Source: Nanobdellota archaeon | Lineage (GTDB): Archaea > Nanobdellota > Nanobdellia > Parvarchaeales > Parvarchaeaceae | DNA: 64,000 bases | Direction: 5' to 3' | Assembly (NCBI GenBank): GCA_021807085.1 | Contig: JAKAPM010000002.1 | Span: 9,125-73,124 of the forward strand | Part shown: in pieces, positions 57,279 to 64,000 of the stretch | How positions within the stretch are numbered: position 1 is the first letter of the stretch | Layout: every line of letters starts with the position of its first letter | Notes under the pieces: model-generated | Database searches by the model: none | What the model was told of the DNA's origin: nothing | Seen by the model: only the letters and a program-made list of their open reading frames with translations | Program-made: the position numbers and the translations under genes

Positions 57279-59159
57279 ATGGCACCGGTCCTGCACGTTC
57301 TGTCCAAGGACGGCACATTCCTTTTCCGCTTCAACAACGGGGAATTCGGGTCCAAATGGTGCGGGGTATGGGACGGGCCGACTAAATATTTCGACTATTT
57401 CGCTTTCTCGCTGGACGGTGAACCGCTCTCGGAAAGAAACGCGGAAGGCTTCGAATACTACAATTCCCAGTTCTCCAAGATAATCTACAGTACCGGTAGG
57501 GGAAAAGTCGAAGAGGAGGTGGTGTGCACCGACAAAAAGGTCATAATAACCTTGAAACCGAAATTCGCCTGCAGCGTCGCTGCAGAGGTTGGCGTGAATC
57601 TGAGAGACAGGAGCGAGAACTACGTGAAAGGGAAGGTATACGGCACGTCCGCCGTTGAAGACTACAAGATAAGCGCGGAGAACGGGGGCAGGACCGGCTT
57701 CGTGCTCTATGACAGGGGAAGGTTTGAGAAGAAGGAATACTACGGCATACATTCCCCGGGAAGGTACGCCATCGAGAAAGGGTTGACCAAATATATGGAC
57801 GACGGCAGCGTGCAGAACAAATACGTGCCTGGAATAATCTCTGCCGACCTGAAGGAGAGGGAAGAGTTCACAATCATACTCTCGTCGGAGGACATGGACA
57901 GGGACCAGCTGTACAAGGCCGTCAAAAACAGGCTCTACCACAGCAAACAGCACGGGGACCTGATAAACGCCACCGTTTCGGCGTACGGGGGCATGAACTT
58001 CATCGACTCCGACTTCTACAAAGACGTAATAGACGGGATATATTCGTACGCGGACATGATGGGCAAGAAGATATACGCGGGTTTTCCGTATTTCAACCAG
58101 TTCTGGCTGAGGGACGCTTTGATGATCGCTCCGTCGTTCCTATCGATAAACAACACGAAGTTTGTCAGGGACTTGTTGATTGGGATAGCGGCAATGGCGA
58201 CAGACAACGGGCTCCCAAACGTTGCTGATGGCGGCAACTATCCTATGGACGTACCGGCACTGTTCATAATCAACCTGATAAGATATTACAAGTGGACAGG
58301 GGATTCCGCGACGCTAGAAGAGCTGCTGCCTGCCGCTAGAAAGTTAGCAGAGGCGGCGTCGAGGAGAATCGAAGACGGGCTGGTCCACGACAGGGGCAGG
58401 GAGACATGGATGGATTCAGCCGACAGGAGATACTCCTTGGAGATACAGGTGCTGTGGGGAAGGGCGTTCTCCGATATTTCAGAGGTCGCAAAAGACGACG
58501 GCGCTTTCTACAGGCTCTCGAACGGGATACGCGGGGGCCTCAAGAGGTATTATAGGACCGGCCATTTCGCAGACCAGCTGGACGTCGATGTCGACAGCAT
58601 AAACCAGATCTTCCTCCTGCTGTTCGGAGACGCGGACGCACAGACTGGGAAGGAGATACTCAATAACATCGACTCGGAAATGATGACAGACTACGGACCG
58701 ACATCGGTCTCCCAAAAGGACCCGGCATTCTCTCCGAAAGGCTACCACAACGGCGCGATCTGGCCGTTCACGACGTCGGTGTTGGCTGCATGCTCATACA
58801 GGTACGGCAGGATAGATTTAGGACAGAAATGCTTCGACATCCTGCAGAGAAGAAATTTCGGTTCGCAGTGCACCGCCAGGATAAACGAGATATTCCAGCC
58901 GGACGGAGAACCGAAAGGCTGCCCTTCGCAGGCCTGGTCAATCGGGCTGCTGCCGTATCTGATAGACGAATGCGTGCTGGGCATACACGTCGACGTGCCT
59001 AAAGGAAGGATACTTGTGGACGAGCCGCCTATGGACGTTGACATCGACAGGAAGATATACGTGAAGAACAGGGAAGTAGAACTCCGCTTCAGGCAGGGGT
59101 CGCTGTGGTCGAACGCGAAGATGGAAAGAGTAGGCGGTTCTTTTATAGTGAGCCTATAG
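57279..59159 (+). CDS. Glycogen debranching enzyme (amylo-alpha-1,6-glucosidase-like)
   Basis: AGFPYFNQFWLRD, TWMDS, YHNGAIWP, EIF and QAWS motifs. Confidence 0.88.
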   Translation: MAPVLHVLSKDGTFLFRFNNGEFGSKWCGVWDGPTKYFDYFAFSLDGEPLSERNAEGFEYYNSQFSKIIYSTGRGKVEEEVVCTDKKVIITLKPKFACSVAAEVGVNLRDRSENYVKGKVYGTSAVEDYKISAENGGRTGFVLYDRGRFEKKEYYGIHSPGRYAIEKGLTKYMDDGSVQNKYVPGIISADLKEREEFTIILSSEDMDRDQLYKAVKNRLYHSKQHGDLINATVSAYGGMNFIDSDFYKDVIDGIYSYADMMGKKIYAGFPYFNQFWLRDALMIAPSFLSINNTKFVRDLLIGIAAMATDNGLPNVADGGNYPMDVPALFIINLIRYYKWTGDSATLEELLPAARKLAEAASRRIEDGLVHDRGRETWMDSADRRYSLEIQVLWGRAFSDISEVAKDDGAFYRLSNGIRGGLKRYYRTGHFADQLDVDVDSINQIFLLLFGDADAQTGKEILNNIDSEMMTDYGPTSVSQKDPAFSPKGYHNGAIWPFTTSVLAACSYRYGRIDLGQKCFDILQRRNFGSQCTARINEIFQPDGEPKGCPSQAWSIGLLPYLIDECVLGIHVDVPKGRILVDEPPMDVDIDRKIYVKNREVELRFRQGSLWSNAKMERVGGSFIVSL

Positions 59160-59723
59160 CTTTTTCACGATAGACAGCATCCTCGAGAGGTTCCTCTTGA
59201 ATTCCTTCTCGCTGGAATTGTTGAGTATATAATAGTCAGAGACCGCTATGACTTCGGCAACGCCGTAGCCGAGCTCGAGTTTCTCCCTCCATTCGAATTC
59301 TGAGAGGGACGAGAAATCCTCCTTTGCCCTCTTCCTTCTGACTATCCTTCCGAATCTGACCATCTTGTCGGCTATTATTCCGAGCACAACGGCCGTGTAC
59401 CCTTCCTCGACTATCTCGTTAACTTCGAGTATGTTCCTGGAGCCATCCAGGATTATTGTGTCGCTATTTTCGAATTCCTTCGCGATCTCCTTCTTGACCA
59501 GGTTTATGACGTACTTGTCCCCGAACTTTTTCCTGCGGTCCTTGGCGAAGTTCCTGAGCGTGCGGTTAGTTATTTTCAACCCGAGCCTGTTCATTTCATT
59601 CCTGACGGCGTCGCCCATGCCGACGGAGGGGACTCTCTTAGACGCCAGTATTTTCGCTGCCAGGGACTTGCCGCTGCCGGGCATACCAGTAAGTACTATG
59701 ACTCTCTTGTTTTTCATTTTCAT
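59154..59723 (-). CDS. Archaeal dephospho-CoA kinase-like P-loop kinase (UPF0200)
   Basis: TGMPGSGKS, MGDAVR, DGSR and RE..E..YG motifs. Confidence 0.85.
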   Translation of the reverse strand: MKMKNKRVIVLTGMPGSGKSLAAKILASKRVPSVGMGDAVRNEMNRLGLKITNRTLRNFAKDRRKKFGDKYVINLVKKEIAKEFENSDTIILDGSRNILEVNEIVEEGYTAVVLGIIADKMVRFGRIVRRKRAKEDFSSLSEFEWREKLELGYGVAEVIAVSDYYILNNSSEKEFKRNLSRMLSIVKKL

Positions 59724-60280
59724 ATATAGCTGGTGATGGTGTACAATAAATACTTGGGGTACCCGAGGTACGGTATAACCTGGCCTACCTTGCCCACGAC
59801 GTTCCCGTACGGGATATTGTATTCGAATGGAAGAGAATACGGATTGGCGTCGCCTTTGGTCGTGTAGTAGTATGCCCCGTTAACGACGGTCACGTTCACG
59901 ACTCTGTGTATTATGTCCTCGCCGGTGCCTTCTACCCTGTATATTATCACGTCACCCACATCTATCTGCGACGGCTGGACCTTGTAAGCGAGGGCGATAG
60001 ATCCCAACGGTATGCCGCCGGGAAAAGGCCAGCTGGAGACTGCCGACATGTTGTACCCGTGCAACTCGAGCCAGTCGTAATAGGTCAGCTGAATAGACGG
60101 GTACGAATGCACCATGCTGCTGGACACCACGGCGCTTATGTAGTCGAGCGGCGACAGGGCGTAAACCGATGGCAGCGCTACGTACGTTACCACGACGTAG
60201 ATTACAATTATATAAAAAAGTATTGAATATACGTTGTTTCCCGACAGCAGGTAAGAGACTGCCCGTTTGGCATCCATCAT
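59720..60280 (-). CDS. Signal peptidase I (S26B, archaeal type)
   Basis: VVSSSM, GDVIIY, IIHRV and TKGDAN motifs. Confidence 0.9.
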   Translation of the reverse strand: MMDAKRAVSYLLSGNNVYSILFYIIVIYVVVTYVALPSVYALSPLDYISAVVSSSMVHSYPSIQLTYYDWLELHGYNMSAVSSWPFPGGIPLGSIALAYKVQPSQIDVGDVIIYRVEGTGEDIIHRVVNVTVVNGAYYYTTKGDANPYSLPFEYNIPYGNVVGKVGQVIPYLGYPKYLLYTITSYI

Positions 60281-60295
60281 TAGATTTACGCCGAG

Positions 60296-60568
60296 CTATT
60301 TAAAAAGTTTTGCAATCGCCTTCTTGGCATCGTCCAGGTCGCTCTTTGTGTTCGAGAGCACCTTCTTGAACAGCTTATCGACGTCCTTCTCGCCTTTTAT
60401 CACGAATATGGAGGATTTTTCCAGAGGGTGCTCCAAAACGAAGCCTGCGAAGGTTACTCCCTCCGCGTTGTCTGCCTCCTCTTTCAGAAGATTCAGGACG
60501 GATTGGGAGCCTCCCCTAACTCTGAATTTTATTGACTTGTCGTCTTTTTCCAGTACCTCTATTTCCAT
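60296..60568 (-). CDS. rpoL: RNA polymerase subunit L (Rpo11)
   Basis: MEIEVLE...NLLKEE..V.FAGF..EHPL. Confidence 0.88.
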   Translation of the reverse strand: MEIEVLEKDDKSIKFRVRGGSQSVLNLLKEEADNAEGVTFAGFVLEHPLEKSSIFVIKGEKDVDKLFKKVLSNTKSDLDDAKKAIAKLFK

Positions 60569-60605
60569 TTAGTTTAGATAACCCGTTTATTTTAATAGCT
60601 TTCCC

Positions 60606-63600
60606 TCACTCGCATTTGGTGTAACCGCACGATTTGCAGACGAAGCACCCGTTCTCGTAGATAAGAGTGGCCTGGCCGCACTTCGGGCACATGACGGGCT
60701 TTCCGTCGGCGAGCTTGTCGTCATTGTTGAGCACGCCGTGGAGAGTGGCGTTGTCCTTCTCTGGGTTCTTGTTTCTTAGTGTAAGTTCTATACCTTTGGC
60801 CACAGCATCGGGGACGGAGAATATCTGTATGCCGTTGAACCACATTGAGTTCCCTCCTTTTATACCCTTCAGAGTCTTTATTATCCTGACGATGTCACCA
60901 CCGCCTTGCAGATATATACTTATCAGCCTGCCTAGCGCCTCAGTGTAGCTCTTCTGCGCCTCACCGGACCTACCCATGTCTATGAATATCTCTTTTATCC
61001 TGCCGTCCCCGTTCTTGTTGACGGTCAGATACATCGTACCTTCGTTGGTCGGGAGCCGTATGGTCGTCCCGCTCAGAAGGAAAGGCCTGCCTTCGTCCAA
61101 CAGATTCTCCCCTTTTTCCTCGCTTTCTTCGTCTTTAGACTTAAGGATGTCCTGTTTCGACCCTTCTCTGTAGACTGTTATGGATTTACAGCCCATCTCC
61201 CATGCATAGAAATATATTTTGTTGACCGTCTCCTCATCAGCCGATGCGGCGAGGTTTACTGTGGATGATATCGAAGAATCTATATGCTTCTGGATGGTTG
61301 CCTGCATCTTAACCCTGAAGATTGGGTCTATCTTGTGAGCTGTCACGAAAATGTCCGGCAGGTCTTTCTTGTCCTTTATACTGAACTTTTCCATGTACTC
61401 CTTGACTACAGGATCGAACACCTCGAAGTATTCATTCGACAAGGATTCTGACCTTCTTGTGTAGCTGAGCGCGAATATCGGCTCTATCCCTCCGCTTACC
61501 CCAGCCATGGAGGATATGGACCCGGTTGGCGCCACGGTGAGTATACACGCGTTCCTCAGTCCCTGTTTGCGTATCTTATCTTTCAGGGAATCATTGAGCC
61601 TCCCGACGAACTCCCTACCGAGGTGCTTGTCAGCTACGAACGCTGGAAATGCACCTTTCTCCTTTGCTATGTTGGAACTCTCGTCGTAAGCCAGCTCCTT
61701 TACCCTCTTCAATAGGTCGTCCGTGAACTTTACCGCCTCTTCTGTGTCATACCTGAGGCCAAGCTTGACAAACATCGTGGCCATTCCCATTATACCCAGA
61801 CCTATCCTTCTTGCATATACCGTCTCCTCTGCCTGCGCCTTGAGAGCGTGCCTGTCGTAGCTGTAGTCGAGCACATTGTCGAGAAACCTCACGCCGTACC
61901 TTACCGTCTTTTCCAAGTCATCCCAGTTCAGGGATGCTCCCTCAGTGAATTCTCCCGAGACGAAGCTGGAGAGGTTTATTGCGCCTAAATCGCACGCACC
62001 ATAATTTTCGAGGGGCTGCTCCGAACAGTTGTGAACCACGAAACCGTTCGCAACAAACGAATGCGATTTCGTCTCACAGTCATAAACCGGTAATTTTCCA
62101 AGCGGTATGATATCTGTAAGAGGAGTCTCCACATGCGTACTATCCACCCATCTGTATTTTGAACTGAACTGAGTGTTTCCTTTGCCATTCATTCTGTCCA
62201 TCTTATGTATGAGTATACCAACGTGTCTATTTTTATCGGACGAGACAAATCCTATTTCTTTCTTAAATCTTACCAGACTTCTCAAGTCTGTTATATCGAG
62301 AACGTGTATATTCTTCCCCGGCTTATGTCTTTTTGACGTGTGGATTGCTGAGAGTATGCCGAATTTCAGCAGTAGCTGCTGGATCTGCGCTATAAATTTA
62401 GTGGAAACGCTGTCTATAGTCACCCTGTCATAAACGCAAGAGCCATCACTTTCGAAAGCCCTTTTCAGGAAGGCGGCTACTACACTCCTTGGAGATGAAA
62501 GTACTTGTGTAGGAATTTCTACGTCATCGTGATACTTGTTGAGTCCGAAATATTCAATGAATTCTGCCAGATTCTGACCATGCACTGACCAATCCCTGAC
62601 TTTTTTATTCTTCCGCGGTTTTCCATCCTTTGGCTCTGTTCCAAAAACGTTTCTTATAAGATTGGATATATCCGAGTCCTCCTCTTTGTTTATTGAAATT
62701 ATATCTATGAATCTTTCCGCATCCAGAAGTCTGGATTTTTCGCGCTTGTGTGATATCGACACACCACCGGTTAGTATCCACCCTAACAAGCTTCCTATAG
62801 TTTCGTCTATGTAATTCGTGAATTTGAAAATGTTCCTTTTATGGCCGTTTATACTAGCTGGCAGTTCCAAGTACTTCGATGGGAAAACCCCCTCCTTCAC
62901 ACTCACCAGCAACTTGTCGCCCTTCTTCAACTGCCCAATCTCCCTCCACTCGAAGCTGTTTATTTTGCTGGAATTGGCACTGAGCTTTAGAAGAGTCTTT
63001 CCTACGGAGTCTTTTGATATTTCGAGAAGTTTTTTCTTGGATAGTGTTCTCACGTACCTGTATAATGCTTGTACCGATATACCGGTTGATTTTTTGAGGT
63101 CTTTTATAGAAATATGATTATCTTCCCTCAAATTATCCATTATTCTCTTTTCGTTGGGATTTATGCTGGGGCCGGTTCTAGACATTACGTTGTGGTTTGA
63201 TGTTGCACTTAGGTACAGACCGAGGGCCGTGCTGAATTTATATACGTCCTTCACTCCGGTTAACCATACCTTTTTAGCGGTGGTTCTTTCTATTGTATCG
63301 GCCAGGGCAAATTTCTGCTTTGTTTCGAGTTTTGCGATAGGCGTCAACCCATACTCTGTCTGCAGGAAGGTATCACCCAAAAGACACGGATTTGTCCCTT
63401 TGATTGCTATCCTGTCGTCGTATTCTGTAGGGGATTCCCTCTTCATCCTGTCCCAGAACATTATACCAGGGTCGCCAGTGTTCAGGGCGGTCTTTATTAT
63501 CTTCCCCCACAGTTCCTTGGCATTCACTTCCTTCTCGAAGGACACCTTTTCGTTCTTGAACCTGAGCATGAACGGCTTGTCGTCCCTGACAGCTTCCATA

Positions 63601-64000
63601 AAGTTATCGTAGACCTTGACGCTGATGTTCGCGAACCTAACGCTCTTCTTGTCGCTTTTTATCGTAACGAAATCTTCTATGTCGGGGTGTGTGACGTCCA
63701 GGGTTATCATGAGCGCGCCTCTCCTACCAGTCTGCCCTATTATCCCAGTCGTCACCGAGTACAGCTCCATGAACGACGTAGAGCCGGTGGAGAACCTTGC
63801 AGCGTTGTTGACGGCTGCGCCCTTCGGTCTCAGCACAGATATGTCTATACCGACACCCCCGCCGTAGGAGTACGTCCTGGCCATTTCTTTGGCAGTATCG
63901 TATATGTTCTCTATCGAATCCCCTTTTATGGGAAGGTAATAACAATTGAGCAGGGTTGCTCGGTGGTTTGCCCCGGCGCCGAAGAGTATCCTACCGCCAG
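60606..64000 (-). CDS. nrdJ: Class II (B12-dependent) ribonucleotide reductase with intein (5' end outside the window)
   Basis: TLLNCY, GGGVG, RRGA, NP/C-intein-/CSEQ, RRIGLG, APTGS, SSISST, YREGS; C-terminal Zn ribbon. Confidence 0.95.
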   Translation of the reverse strand, partial: GGRILFGAGANHRATLLNCYYLPIKGDSIENIYDTAKEMARTYSYGGGVGIDISVLRPKGAAVNNAARFSTGSTSFMELYSVTTGIIGQTGRRGALMITLDVTHPDIEDFVTIKSDKKSVRFANISVKVYDNFMEAVRDDKPFMLRFKNEKVSFEKEVNAKELWGKIIKTALNTGDPGIMFWDRMKRESPTEYDDRIAIKGTNPCLLGDTFLQTEYGLTPIAKLETKQKFALADTIERTTAKKVWLTGVKDVYKFSTALGLYLSATSNHNVMSRTGPSINPNEKRIMDNLREDNHISIKDLKKSTGISVQALYRYVRTLSKKKLLEISKDSVGKTLLKLSANSSKINSFEWREIGQLKKGDKLLVSVKEGVFPSKYLELPASINGHKRNIFKFTNYIDETIGSLLGWILTGGVSISHKREKSRLLDAERFIDIISINKEEDSDISNLIRNVFGTEPKDGKPRKNKKVRDWSVHGQNLAEFIEYFGLNKYHDDVEIPTQVLSSPRSVVAAFLKRAFESDGSCVYDRVTIDSVSTKFIAQIQQLLLKFGILSAIHTSKRHKPGKNIHVLDITDLRSLVRFKKEIGFVSSDKNRHVGILIHKMDRMNGKGNTQFSSKYRWVDSTHVETPLTDIIPLGKLPVYDCETKSHSFVANGFVVHNCSEQPLENYGACDLGAINLSSFVSGEFTEGASLNWDDLEKTVRYGVRFLDNVLDYSYDRHALKAQAEETVYARRIGLGIMGMATMFVKLGLRYDTEEAVKFTDDLLKRVKELAYDESSNIAKEKGAFPAFVADKHLGREFVGRLNDSLKDKIRKQGLRNACILTVAPTGSISSMAGVSGGIEPIFALSYTRRSESLSNEYFEVFDPVVKEYMEKFSIKDKKDLPDIFVTAHKIDPIFRVKMQATIQKHIDSSISSTVNLAASADEETVNKIYFYAWEMGCKSITVYREGSKQDILKSKDEESEEKGENLLDEGRPFLLSGTTIRLPTNEGTMYLTVNKNGDGRIKEIFIDMGRSGEAQKSYTEALGRLISIYLQGGGDIVRIIKTLKGIKGGNSMWFNGIQIFSVPDAVAKGIELTLRNKNPEKDNATLHGVLNNDDKLADGKPVMCPKCGQATLIYENGCFVCKSCGYTKCE
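62028..63386 (-). mobile_element. 453-aa intein with LAGLIDADG-type domain and a wHTH insert
   Basis: Starts CLLGDT, block B ATSNH, ends VYD..FVANGFVVHN/C; AFESDG block E; AT-richer than the exteins. Confidence 0.93.

Noticed and set aside
1-64000. CRISPR array, rRNA, IS transposase, DGR or recoded stop codons
   Set aside because: No regularly spaced repeats, rRNA, transposase or reverse-transcriptase motifs seen by eye; genes end normally at TAA/TAG/TGA

Overview
This window is a gene-dense segment of an archaeal chromosome. A DPANN lineage (Parvarchaeota-like) is likely but inferred only from gene content and the many class III signal-peptide proteins. Housekeeping genes include smc, trpS, tyrS, thermosome, Sm-L37e, L15e, L35Ae, GINS, Hef helicase, secDF, tfb, trm1, aIF5B, ndk, rnz, tatD, a SelB-like GTPase, rpoL, and a class II RNR with a 453-aa intein. 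There are three tRNAs: Thr-CGT, Glu-TTC with a 15-nt BHB intron, and Thr-TGT with an aberrant T-loop. A glycogen gene set is present: GH57, GT3-type synthase, debranching enzyme, a GalU-like enzyme and three GalT paralogs. The main unexplained features are (1) four tandem ~50-aa 'micro-pilins', mostly missed by the ORF track, facing an operon of Cys-rich surface proteins; (2) a pilin N-terminus fused to a 1.1-kaa beta-propeller; (3) a 2.8-kb element integrated in tRNA-Glu with a 13-bp att repeat, an intact integrase and an AT-rich two-gene cargo of unknown function; (4) an adjacent accessory block with a peptide/Zn-finger GNAT/racemase-like operon and a HIT pseudogene; and (5) a tRNA-Thr-tatD-rnz-selBL cluster. 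All calls come from reading the sequence by eye, with no database searches.
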